In this document: positions 1-8,943 of the stretch, piece after piece
Position numbering within the stretch: the first letter of the stretch is position 1
How the letters are laid out: each line of letters opens with the position of its first letter
From: an uncultured Leptospirales bacterium
GTDB taxonomy: Bacteria; Spirochaetota; UBA4802; JAKQUI01
Length of the DNA: 64,000 nucleotides
Assembly (NCBI GenBank): GCA_964652955.1
Contig: CAZZCF010000008.1
Coordinates: 753 to 64,752, forward strand
Direction: 5' to 3'
Position numbers and translations under genes: made by a program
Notes under the pieces: model-generated
Told to the model about the DNA's origin: nothing
The model's input: only the letters and a program-made list of their open reading frames with translations
Databases searched by the model: none

Positions 1-42
1 ATTCTTGAATTTGTAATGAGTCGCTCTCATTTTATTTGACAT
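1..42 (-). CDS. N-terminus of a gene running off the left edge (MSNKMRATHYKFKN...)
   Basis: Minus-strand ATG at 42 preceded by AAGGAG (ctcctt at 45-50); the frame stays open to the window edge. Confidence 0.55.
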   Translation of the reverse strand, partial: MSNKMRATHYKFKN

Positions 43-216
43 ATCTCCTTCTATCGGATAGTGCCTTATCCGGTTATTCCAGAATGATTCCCAATGTGCA
101 CTATTGATGAAACAGAAGAGGCGGGAAGACTACACTATTGAATTCGGTCATATAGGCCCTGTCGGTGAGTCCAAAGCGCTCATTCTCAGGGCAAACCGGA
201 GTTGTGAGAAGAGCTT

Positions 217-447
217 TTGGGAACTATTTCCCGAAATAAATCTCTTGCACCGCGTGAGCGTGCTGAGTACCGGCTTAAGCGATACATCTCCGGTGGATAT
301 CTCGATTTTGTGAAGCGATGTGGCAGGTATGATGAACAGCTTGAAGAACTCATTGGGAGAGCATCAAATGCCCTCAGAAATGGGACTGACTCGCTCGAAT
401 TCGTCGAGGAGGTAATTCTGGCAATAAAGTCGAAGGTTATTCCGTAG
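217..447 (+). CDS. Hypothetical protein (76 aa), possibly a fragment
   Basis: ORF track only; TTG start and no recognised motif. Confidence 0.3.
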   Translation: MGTISRNKSLAPRERAEYRLKRYISGGYLDFVKRCGRYDEQLEELIGRASNALRNGTDSLEFVEEVILAIKSKVIP

Positions 448-480
448 ATATATGATATGTCTTTATAGAGGGAATATACA

Positions 481-921
481 ATGATCCTAATCTTAAAAGC
501 AGGAGTGCTCTACTGTGTGATTGTGTTCGGAGTGGGATTTGTGCTCAGGTTCATTCGAGTGTTGCGGACTGTCCCGCGTTTCGGCACCATGGTGGCAGAG
601 CTGATGAAGATGCCCCTCATGCTCGTGGCAATTATTTTCGCAGCACGCTTTACGATTCGGCGTCTCGGCATGCCATCCGCACCGTTGAAACGGCTTGGCG
701 TCGGCTTTATCGCGCTCGGTCTTCTGCTCATGTCGGAGGGTACTATCGTTTTCTCGCTCCAGGGCTTTTCGATTCAGGAATACATTGAAGACCGGGAACC
801 GGTTTCCGGCATCGTTTACCTCGTGATGCTTTTGATTTTTGCCATTATGCCGCTTCTCGTACTGCGGAGCGTGAATTCCGGGTTTCGCTATGATGCCGGT
901 CCTGACTGCATTCAGATATAA
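481..921 (+). CDS. Conserved hypothetical membrane protein
   Basis: About four hydrophobic segments. The pattern AGVLY..IVFG.GFVL..IRV...VPRFG...AEL...P.ML and RE/DPVSG.VY resembles a widespread family of unknown function. Confidence 0.7.
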   Translation: MILILKAGVLYCVIVFGVGFVLRFIRVLRTVPRFGTMVAELMKMPLMLVAIIFAARFTIRRLGMPSAPLKRLGVGFIALGLLLMSEGTIVFSLQGFSIQEYIEDREPVSGIVYLVMLLIFAIMPLLVLRSVNSGFRYDAGPDCIQI

Positions 922-986
922 CAGTTGATATTCACCCATGCTACTGTAGTAAATGTGAAGGAGGCAACGTAAAATTCACACCGTCA

Positions 987-1196
987 ATGAAAATGAAAGC
1001 GAAGTACAAGCATACGAACATCATCGCACGTGACAGGCGGGTGCTCGCGGAATTCTATCAGGCAGTTTGCGGTTGCATTGTTGTTCCTACTGAGCGGCAT
1101 CTCGTTGAGGAGTTGCTGAAGCGTGGAACAGGGGTCCCCGACGCCTGCTTTCCGGCGCTCGCTTCGATTTCGAGTAAGATTCTTATTCATGACTAA
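987..1196 (+). pseudogene. Truncated VOC/glyoxalase-family protein
   Basis: N-terminus KAKYKHTNIIARDRRVLAEFYQAVCGC..VPTER matches VOC family starts (HTNIIARDW..LA.FY..VFGC). Resemblance is lost after GTGVP and the ORF stops at 69 aa, about half a VOC protein. Confidence 0.6.
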
Positions 1197-1421
1197 TACG
1201 GCTTAACCCGATAACAGAAACGTGATATTTAAAGTTTGAGTGATACAATAGGAAATCCGATAAAGATAAAAAATCAGTTCTTCCGTTTCAAGGTAACGCA
1301 CAGGAATAATCCGCTGCTGTAAGAACGGTTACCTTCTTGACATAAAGACTCGAGTGTGTAATGAAAAGCTCAATGTTCACTCAATATATGGTTTTATGAT
1401 GCCCAACAGGAGGATTGGAAT

Positions 1422-3128
1422 ATGAAGAAAAATGCGAAGTGGGATGACTTGAAAACAGTCGGGGATCGCATATGGCATAAGTCCTATGTGGCCGGCGTGC
1501 CGAAAAATGTCGACTTCGAGGACATAACCATGCCGGAGGTCCTCAGCAGGACTGCCGGGAAGTACCCGGAGCGGACGGCGCTCCTCTTCCTGGGAAAGGA
1601 GATATCCTATGCCGAGCTGGAGCAATTGGTCAACCGCTTCGCCAACGTCCTCATCGACCTCGGTGTCAAGCCGGGCGATCGGGTGGCACTCCTCCTCCCC
1701 AATATCCCCCAGATTGTTATCGCCTTTTACGGCATCTGGAGAATGGGGGCCATTGCGGTTCCCAATAATCCCCTCTATACCGACCGTGAGCTCGAATATC
1801 AGCTCAACGATTCCGGCTCAACCGTCCTGGTGACCCTTGACCTCCTCGCGCCGCGGATGCTGGCCCTCAGGCCGAAGACGAAGCTCAAAGAGATTATCAC
1901 CTGTCACATAAACGACTATCTCCCCTTTCCGGCAAAACAGCTCTTTCCGCTGGTGAAGAGGGAAATGTATGTGAAATACGAAAAGAGCCCGGGATACCGT
2001 CAGTTTCTCGATGTGATGAAGAATGCGTCTCCCGAATTCAGCGGTGCTCCCCCCTCACTCGACGATATCGCCTTCATCCCCTACACCGGAGGGACGACCG
2101 GTGTCTCAAAGGGTGTCGTGCTCACTCACCGGAACGTCACCTGTAAAAATCAGATGATGGAGGCCTGGTTTGCGGATTTGAAGGGTCTGCCCGAGCGTGA
2201 GCTCGCGATATTCCCCTTCTTCCACCTGGCGGGCATCGTTGCTGTGATGATAATTGCCATAAAGATGGGATGGACGGATATTCTGGTTCCCCGGCCCGAG
2301 CCCCGGGCGGTAATGGATATGATGATCAAGTATAAGCCCACGGTTATTCCGGCGGTCCCCACCATCTATGTGGGGATTCTGGAGCTTCCCGAATTCAAAA
2401 AGGCCGATCTCTCCTTCGTCAGGGGCTTCTTTTCGGCGGCCGCCCCCCTTGCCGTCGAGACCATACACGACCTGAAGGAGGCCACGGGCGCCACTATTGT
2501 GGAAGCCTACGGCCTTACCGAATCTACCGGTCTTGTCACCCTGACACCGTGGAGGGGGAAGCAGAAGGTAGGAAGCGCGGGTGTCCCGCTCCCCAATACC
2601 GACATGAAGATTGTGGATCTAAAAACGGGAAAGAAAGAGATGCTCGTGGGTGAAGAGGGGGAAATCGTGTTCCGCGGTCCGCAGCGGTGCCAGGGTTACT
2701 ACAACATGCCCAAAGAGACCAAACAGGCCATACGGGACGGCTGGTTTCACACTGGCGACATCGGAAAGGTGGATGAGGAGGGATATATCTATATCGTCGA
2801 CCGGAAGAAGGATATGATCATCGCCGGAGGCTATAACATCTATCCCAGGGATATAGACGAGGTCCTCTTCGAGCACCCGAAGATCGTGGAGGCATGCGCC
2901 GTGGGCGTGCCGGATAAATACCGGGGGGAGACCGTAAAGGCTTTTGTCGTCGTGAAGCCGGGAGAGACGCTCACCGAAGAGGAGCTCGACAGATACTGCA
3001 GGGAGAATCTTGCCGCCTACAAGGTGCCGAAGATATACGAGTTCATTGAATCCCTCCCCAAATCGCCGGTCGGTAAGATATTGAGACGCGAGCTGAGAGA
3101 CAGGGAGCTGAAGAAGATGGGGAAGTAA
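1422..3128 (+). CDS. fadD: Long-chain fatty acid--CoA ligase (AMP-binding family)
   Basis: YTGGTTGVSKG AMP-binding motif, EAYGLTE, GWFHTGDIG, DRKKDMII, and terminal LPKSPVGKILRR; RBS AGGAGG. Confidence 0.93.
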   Translation: MKKNAKWDDLKTVGDRIWHKSYVAGVPKNVDFEDITMPEVLSRTAGKYPERTALLFLGKEISYAELEQLVNRFANVLIDLGVKPGDRVALLLPNIPQIVIAFYGIWRMGAIAVPNNPLYTDRELEYQLNDSGSTVLVTLDLLAPRMLALRPKTKLKEIITCHINDYLPFPAKQLFPLVKREMYVKYEKSPGYRQFLDVMKNASPEFSGAPPSLDDIAFIPYTGGTTGVSKGVVLTHRNVTCKNQMMEAWFADLKGLPERELAIFPFFHLAGIVAVMIIAIKMGWTDILVPRPEPRAVMDMMIKYKPTVIPAVPTIYVGILELPEFKKADLSFVRGFFSAAAPLAVETIHDLKEATGATIVEAYGLTESTGLVTLTPWRGKQKVGSAGVPLPNTDMKIVDLKTGKKEMLVGEEGEIVFRGPQRCQGYYNMPKETKQAIRDGWFHTGDIGKVDEEGYIYIVDRKKDMIIAGGYNIYPRDIDEVLFEHPKIVEACAVGVPDKYRGETVKAFVVVKPGETLTEEELDRYCRENLAAYKVPKIYEFIESLPKSPVGKILRRELRDRELKKMGK

Positions 3129-3197
3129 TGTTCTTTATCGCATTGGTGATACCGCTTATTTCTGGAAGTGGTGCCGGATAAAAAGGAGAGGTGTTCC

Positions 3198-4595
3198 ATG
3201 GCTGGATTTCTCAAAGGCAAGAAGGTAATTGTAGTGGGTACGGGAATCGGCGGCTCCGGCGTTTCAGCGCTCCTGGTAAAAGAGGGCGCGGATGTTCTGG
3301 TTCTCGAGCGAAACGCCTTTCCCGGCGGGAAGGCGGCAAGCTTCGATCGAGAAGGATTCATTTATGATTCGGGAGTGCACTGGCTTGCCAGGGGAGAGCG
3401 AGGTCCGCTGGGAGAGATAGCGAAAGAGGTAGGTGCCGAGCTCGTTTTCCGCTCTATGGATGAGGGTGTTCGATTCAGCATGGGAGGCCGGCGAGGAACG
3501 CTCCCCGCGGATATGGATGATGAAGGTTCCATGAAAAAGTTCTTTTCGGAGCTGGGAGTGCGCGCTGAAAATATGTCGGGTGCATGGGCTTTCTTCGAAG
3601 ATGTCATGCGCGAGAAATCCCCTGTCGAGCTCGAAAAGCTTGACGGCATCTCCCTGACTGACTATGTTTCGCGATTTGTCACGGATGAGCAGTTTTCGAG
3701 ACTTATCGAAGCTTTCACGGGAATTTATATGGTAATCGGCCCGCGGCAATCCTCCGCCGGAGAATTCATCCTCTGTCTCTCTACGCATATACGCGAGAAG
3801 AGCCTCTCCTATCCTCTCGGGGGGATGCGGGCCATACCCCTGGCCTATCTGAAGGCTGCGGAGTGGGGAGGAGAAGTCCGCTATTCGGCTCCGGTTACGC
3901 GCATTGTCGTCGAGAAGGGGAAAATCAGGGGAGTCGAAGCCGGCGATTTTATAGCGTCAGATATCGTGATCAGCAATACCGGCATCAAGGAGACGGTGGA
4001 GCTTGCCGGGCGCCGTAATTTTCCGGATGAATATCTGGAGATGGTCGATAACCTTCGGCTCTCCTACGGGGCGGTGAGCGTCAAGTACGCTCTCGATGCC
4101 GAGATTGTTAAACCGCACATAATATTCCACTACCCGGATATAACCGATCAAAAAATGGCGGGGCGGCAGGCTGCTATCTTTATACCGGTACCGTCGGCGG
4201 CCGATCCCTCGCTGGCGCCGCCCGGCTGCCAGATTGTGCTCGTCGCTTCACTGGTCCCGCCGGAACTCGAAGATGAACAGGCGGCAGCCAGTATCTGTGA
4301 AGTGGTAATGGACCGCGTCGAGAATACAATGCGGGATCTCTTCCCCGATATCGAGCGCCATGTGATATGGAAGATGCGAACCGGTACGCGGTATATCGCA
4401 GAGATCTCAGGACGGAAAACAGGTGAGGTTGTCGGTCTCGCCCAGAATCGCTATCAGACGGGCAAAAAGAAGCCGGAAAACAGGATGCCGGTAGAGGGGC
4501 TTTTTCTGGTGGGCGCCGACAGCGGCGGAAGGGGGGTCGGAACCGAAATGGCCGCAGACAGCGCATTGACCCTCTGGAGGATGCTGAGGGATTGA
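3198..4595 (+). CDS. FAD-dependent oxidoreductase, phytoene desaturase (CrtI)/amine oxidase superfamily
   Basis: Rossmann VVGTGIGG...LER...PGGKAASF...FIYDSGVH and C-terminal GLFLVGAD..GRGVGTEMAADSA. Start moved to the ATG at 3198 behind AGGAGAG. Confidence 0.85.
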   Translation: MAGFLKGKKVIVVGTGIGGSGVSALLVKEGADVLVLERNAFPGGKAASFDREGFIYDSGVHWLARGERGPLGEIAKEVGAELVFRSMDEGVRFSMGGRRGTLPADMDDEGSMKKFFSELGVRAENMSGAWAFFEDVMREKSPVELEKLDGISLTDYVSRFVTDEQFSRLIEAFTGIYMVIGPRQSSAGEFILCLSTHIREKSLSYPLGGMRAIPLAYLKAAEWGGEVRYSAPVTRIVVEKGKIRGVEAGDFIASDIVISNTGIKETVELAGRRNFPDEYLEMVDNLRLSYGAVSVKYALDAEIVKPHIIFHYPDITDQKMAGRQAAIFIPVPSAADPSLAPPGCQIVLVASLVPPELEDEQAAASICEVVMDRVENTMRDLFPDIERHVIWKMRTGTRYIAEISGRKTGEVVGLAQNRYQTGKKKPENRMPVEGLFLVGADSGGRGVGTEMAADSALTLWRMLRD

Positions 4596-4633
4596 TCTGA
4601 TATGCCGGGGTTCGACATGCTGAAAGTAGTTAA

Positions 4634-4672
4634 CCATGCACACCGGCCGCCGAAGGCGGGCTGGGAGCATGG
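4634..4672. repeat. Intergenic GC-rich hairpin (ccatgc...ccgcc-gaa-ggcgg...gcatgg)
   Basis: Nested inverted repeats downstream of the CrtI-like gene, with no U-tract. Confidence 0.45.
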
Positions 4673-4784
4673 CATCAATGCTGTGTAAGCAGCCGGGCGT
4701 TGTTCTGTGGCAATCGTCATAAAACAGTTATATGTGGCTGTGTGATATAATCGACTCAATGAACGGATTGGGAAGGAGAATCTT

Positions 4785-5378
4785 GTGGCTGAGATTAAAC
4801 AGTTAAAACCAAATCAGATCTATCAATTGAAGATATCGCTTGATCATATCAAGCCGGAAATATGGCGAAGATTTATGGTGAATTCAAACATCAAATTGCC
4901 CGATTTGCATAAAGTTATACAGACGGTAATGGGCTGGTATAATTCGCATTTACATCAGTTCAGAATCGATAATACAATATACTCAATGCCGGACGAAGAA
5001 GCGTATACGGAATATGTCGATTATCGGAAGATAAGGCTTAATCAAGTTATTGATGGAGAGAATCAAGAATTCTATTATGATTATGATTTTGGCGATGGCT
5101 GGGAACATACCCTCATTCTTGAAAAGATAACAACCGAGGATAAAAAAACAGACTATCCCCGCTGTTTGGATGGGAAGCGCAATTGTCCTCCTGAGGACTG
5201 TGGAGGCTGGGGGGGATATGAGGATCTGCTCGAAATCATTAAAAATCCCGAGCATGAGGAATACAGTTACATGATGGACTGGCTTGGCGGAGCGTTCGAT
5301 CCTGAAGAGTTTTACATTGATGAAATCAATGAAATGCTGAGAGAAAAAGATTATGGTTGCATAAGCCTCTTCGATTAA
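4785..5378 (+). CDS. Plasmid pRiA4b ORF-3 family protein
   Basis: YQLKISL...IWRR, LH.VIQ.VMGW..SHLHQF, YDFGDGWEH, YP.CLDGKRNCPPEDCGG; GTG start after GAAGGAG. Confidence 0.9.
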   Translation: MAEIKQLKPNQIYQLKISLDHIKPEIWRRFMVNSNIKLPDLHKVIQTVMGWYNSHLHQFRIDNTIYSMPDEEAYTEYVDYRKIRLNQVIDGENQEFYYDYDFGDGWEHTLILEKITTEDKKTDYPRCLDGKRNCPPEDCGGWGGYEDLLEIIKNPEHEEYSYMMDWLGGAFDPEEFYIDEINEMLREKDYGCISLFD

Positions 5379-5652
5379 TTCGGATACTATTAAATTCGTC
5401 GGTATTCGTTCCATGAAATTACATTTGGCTAGTCTCAATCGAGCGGAATTGTTGACACTGAAAGGGGAGAGTCTGCAAGGTGTATTCGAAAGTGGACGAG
5501 GAATGGAAGATGACCATGCACAAGGGGGTGCTCGAGTATTGATGGACACCGCCTTTGTGGTTCGAAACGGTGTCTCTCCTTCTGATAAATCAGGAGGAAG
5601 AATGAATTAATGCTCCACTGAATGTTTCGATTCTCTGAAAACCATATCAGAT

Positions 5653-6096
5653 TTATTCAAGCATATTCCCAATCTCGAAATCAACATCTATTGAGACTCC
5701 GGACATCGCCTTGACGGGGCAGGCAATTTTGCAGAGCCCGCAGGCGACGCATTTCTCCGGGAAGAAGAGCACCTCCATCGTTTCACGGTCGATGGTGAGC
5801 GCATCAACCCTGCAGACGGAGGTACAGGCGCCGCAGTGAACACATCGTTCATCATCCCGCTTAATGCGGTCGGCAAGAATCTCGACAATCACCAGTTCAT
5901 CTTTCAGGTATTGAATGCTTTTCTCTATCTGATCTCCGGTGCCTCTCAGCTCGAGAATGAGCCTCCCCTCCTGCTTGGGGAGGATCTTTGCTTCCAGGAC
6001 GTTGAAGATTATCCTGTAATCGGTCGCAAGCCGGTAAATGAGCGGTTTATACATTATATCCTTGTTGAATATGAGCAGGACATTTTTTGATTCCAT
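5653..6096 (-). CDS. NIL domain + 2x[4Fe-4S] ferredoxin (MA1822-like partner of homocysteine synthesis)
   Basis: N-terminal NIL-like KPLIYRL..DY...FNVLEAKI and C-terminal CVHCGACTSVC / CVACGLCKIACP. Confidence 0.88.
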   Translation of the reverse strand: MESKNVLLIFNKDIMYKPLIYRLATDYRIIFNVLEAKILPKQEGRLILELRGTGDQIEKSIQYLKDELVIVEILADRIKRDDERCVHCGACTSVCRVDALTIDRETMEVLFFPEKCVACGLCKIACPVKAMSGVSIDVDFEIGNMLE

Positions 6097-6114
6097 TGGG
6101 AATACCTTTCCTTA

Positions 6115-6927
6115 TTACGGTATTTCTGAATGCTCTGAAACTGCCGCATCGGCTGCTGGGTTTTCCTCAGGGCTCTCATGCCCTTCGCAGCCTTCGAGTC
6201 GCGGGATCAGTTCCACCGCTCCCATGGCCGCCAGTTTATCACCGTACAGAACAATTGCGCCGGTGACACCATCAATACTCATGGCGAATTCAACGGCCCT
6301 CGTGAGATCTTCTGCACTGTGCACGAGGTTCCCTGTTGCTGTTGCGGCGGCGTCAGCGAGTGCAGCGTCAGGTGAGAGGACCGTTGCCGCATCCGCTTCC
6401 CCGAAGCTGAGCGAATGACCGATCCTCCCGGAAGAGGTACAGATGCTCAGCGGGGTTTGCGATGACGTGATCCGCATGGCGAGTGAATCGGTAAAAGGAG
6501 AATTTCCCGCATAGACACTTACGGAAACAGGTTCCTGTAGGCTCAACCAGATATCGCCGCCATTTTCGACAATGATCTCATCGGATAGTGGCGCAATCTC
6601 CCTCCCGACATATTCGGAGAGGGCTCCCGCCACTGCGGCCATGGGGCCGACTCCTGTTGCTGCTGATGCCCGGTACATCCGCTGCACCACAAGAGAATCG
6701 GTTTTCTGCTGCTCGAGCGGTGTGTATGATGAGAAAAAGTCAGGGTACAGTTCGATGTGATATTCTATCTCTCTTCGTAATTGTATTACGGTTTTTCGAA
6801 CGCTCTCCGAAAAATCGCTGCGGGCACGTATATAGAGATCGGTGGTTGCAACACAAACCCTGAAGCTGGTCCACCGCTGTGTATTCGTAAAATCTCTGTA
6901 GAATCGCGCAGTGTTACTCATCACCAT
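6115..6927 (-). CDS. UPF0280 / ApbE-like family protein
   Basis: TDLYI, GVGPMAAVAGA, IVENGGDI, ICTSSGRIGHSLSFGEADAATV, ADAAATA.GN. Start set at the ATG overlapping the DUF39 stop. Confidence 0.88.
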   Translation of the reverse strand: MVMSNTARFYRDFTNTQRWTSFRVCVATTDLYIRARSDFSESVRKTVIQLRREIEYHIELYPDFFSSYTPLEQQKTDSLVVQRMYRASAATGVGPMAAVAGALSEYVGREIAPLSDEIIVENGGDIWLSLQEPVSVSVYAGNSPFTDSLAMRITSSQTPLSICTSSGRIGHSLSFGEADAATVLSPDAALADAAATATGNLVHSAEDLTRAVEFAMSIDGVTGAIVLYGDKLAAMGAVELIPRLEGCEGHESPEENPAADAAVSEHSEIP

Positions 6928-8107
6928 TTCCCGTATACCTGATGCCGGGAAGGAGAACCTGTGGGATGCCGAGAACAAAATCGCCCTTCTGTATCCACTC
7001 CTTGAGAGTGCCGGCGATCCTCCTCGCCATGGGATAGCTCGAGAGGGGGGCTGTTGGGATCGTCTTACCCTTGATCTGTATCCACCCCGATTTCAGTTCC
7101 GCATAGCTTACCTCACCGATTGTTCGGTTTATGGCATTGGGATAATCATCACCGTAATCCACAACCGGACAGAATATATCCTTGTCCGAGAGGCCGGTGA
7201 AATAGGCGAGATCCTCATTGATGATGGGAATCGGTATACCGAGCCCCACCATGAGCGAGCATCCGTAGCCGGTAATTGATGCACCGCGGATGAATTCCCG
7301 TGACATCTGTTTCATATCACCGGTAACGGCTATGGTTCCGGCGCCCTCCCTCACCATGCCGGTATTTCCCCGCGGGACATCGGGATTGTGCTGGGTTCCT
7401 CTCCAGCTTACCACGCCAACCGCTCCGCACAGGAATATTTTCGTTCCCACACCGATGGTCCAATAGTAGGGATCGTTCAGAAGGGGGCTGAGCTGTCCGG
7501 CACTGGAGTAATTGGCATTGCCCATGTCTGGCTTGAGTATGCCCATATAGGTGTAGATAGTTCTCTTCGACAGGTTGATACCGCAGTTGTAATTCTGATA
7601 TGCGTTTCTTGGATTATAGAGAAAGGCATCTCTCAAATCATCGAGGCAAATGGATGTTTCATACTGCCTGAGGGGATAACAGTCGGTGCCATATGATTTC
7701 GCCTTTAAGGTAACCCGCTTGCCCGCAATGAGATCCTCAATGACGTGGCCGCCGCCGTAGCTGAAATTTCCGGGATATACCCGGTTGAGGGGATCCTCCT
7801 CCTGTACCTGTGTTGCACCGATGTATATGTCGACCGCCGCGATGCCGGCATAGGCCTCGACATCGTTCAGCCATACCTTCGATGCTTTGATCTTCGGTTT
7901 GGTGTGTCCGAAGTTTATAAAAGCCCCTGATGAGCACATGGCGCCGAAGGTGCCGGTGGTGACAACATCAACATCCTGAAACGCCTTCTTTACCCCTTTC
8001 TCCTGAACAACCTGCACCATCTCCTCCGCGGTAACCACCACGGCCTTTCCTGCTTTAATTTTCTTGTTTATCTCATCGTAGCTTTTCTGGATGGGTACGT
8101 CGTTCAT
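6914..8107 (-). CDS. DUF39 homocysteine biosynthesis protein (L-aspartate semialdehyde sulfurtransferase-like, MA1821 family), no CBS domains
   Basis: KSYDEINKKIK.GKAVVVTAEEM, VDVVTTGTFGAMCSSGA, YGGGHVIEDL, RNAYQNYN, NANYSSAGQLSPLLNDP, TAPLSSY..AR.IA..LKEWI..G.F; RBS GGAGAG before ATG 8107. Confidence 0.92.
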   Translation of the reverse strand: MNDVPIQKSYDEINKKIKAGKAVVVTAEEMVQVVQEKGVKKAFQDVDVVTTGTFGAMCSSGAFINFGHTKPKIKASKVWLNDVEAYAGIAAVDIYIGATQVQEEDPLNRVYPGNFSYGGGHVIEDLIAGKRVTLKAKSYGTDCYPLRQYETSICLDDLRDAFLYNPRNAYQNYNCGINLSKRTIYTYMGILKPDMGNANYSSAGQLSPLLNDPYYWTIGVGTKIFLCGAVGVVSWRGTQHNPDVPRGNTGMVREGAGTIAVTGDMKQMSREFIRGASITGYGCSLMVGLGIPIPIINEDLAYFTGLSDKDIFCPVVDYGDDYPNAINRTIGEVSYAELKSGWIQIKGKTIPTAPLSSYPMARRIAGTLKEWIQKGDFVLGIPQVLLPGIRYTGNGDE

Positions 8108-8476
8108 GACTCTCTCCATTCGCTCCTGCGAAATCTTCACGCCCCGAGGTTCGGTGAAAAGGCATCATAAACGGTTCCATGCCTTACACCTGGCATGAGA
8201 TTTTGTGCCGCTGGGTGCTCTCTCGCCGCGGGAATATACCAGAGGGTATACGTTTTATATGTGCCGTCAAATTAAATTTATCACGGTCGGTAAAAACGTG
8301 CTTCACTGTCCGCAGGTGATGCATGCATTTCGATTTATACCCTGGAATGCTGAAGTCAAATGGTTAGTACGGAAACCGCAGAAATCGCCGATAAATTTTT
8401 ATTGCATTTTAATGCCTCCGAGATACTATTACAATTGTAATTGCGGAGACTATGATTAATACTGGGAGAGAGGGTA

Positions 8477-8872
8477 ATGGCGTCACGAGTTCTGAAGTAC
8501 TCCAATGGTGAGCGGATAATTGAAATGGGAAAGGTTGAACAGCGGATGTATATCATTCTCGATGGAATGGTGGAGATATGGCTCTCGGATGGGAAGAATA
8601 AGATATCGGTTGCGGAACTCAAGAAGGGAGATTTCTTTGGAGAGATATCACTCTTTAATAATACGCCCCGAAGCGCCAATGCAACCGCCATTGACGACGT
8701 CCTGCTTGCCTATATTGACAATCTCCAGCAGCTTAAGGCCTTTTTGCTGAAGAACCCGAATTTTGCAGCTAAGATGGTGCACATTCTCGCCAAGCGGCTC
8801 GCGCAGACCGATGACATCCTGATCGGGAAGATAAGCGAGTTGAACAGACTTCAGCTTACCGGTGAAGTATAA
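8477..8872 (+). CDS. Stand-alone cyclic nucleotide-binding domain protein
   Basis: MYIILDG.VEI, GDFFGEISLFNNTPRSANATA; no HTH domain. Confidence 0.88.
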   Translation: MASRVLKYSNGERIIEMGKVEQRMYIILDGMVEIWLSDGKNKISVAELKKGDFFGEISLFNNTPRSANATAIDDVLLAYIDNLQQLKAFLLKNPNFAAKMVHILAKRLAQTDDILIGKISELNRLQLTGEV

Positions 8873-8943
8873 TCAAAAAGAGTTGACAAACTCCCCTTAA
8901 CCGCTCATCTCTCGCCTGTAATGAGAAAGCGTATTTATTTGTT

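Noticed and set aside
5545-5580. tRNA-like GGTTCGAA
   Set aside because: No cloverleaf, D-arm or acceptor stem; only a simple hairpin.
5413-5610. 65-aa ORF downstream of pRiA4b ORF3
   Set aside because: No RBS or recognisable motif; treated as intergenic.
8110-8470. SAM riboswitch upstream of the DUF39 homocysteine gene
   Set aside because: No ATC.AGAG / GCAACC / GTGC SAM-I core found on the minus strand. Only a 6-bp inverted repeat (tatacc-agag-ggtata) is present, too weak to call.
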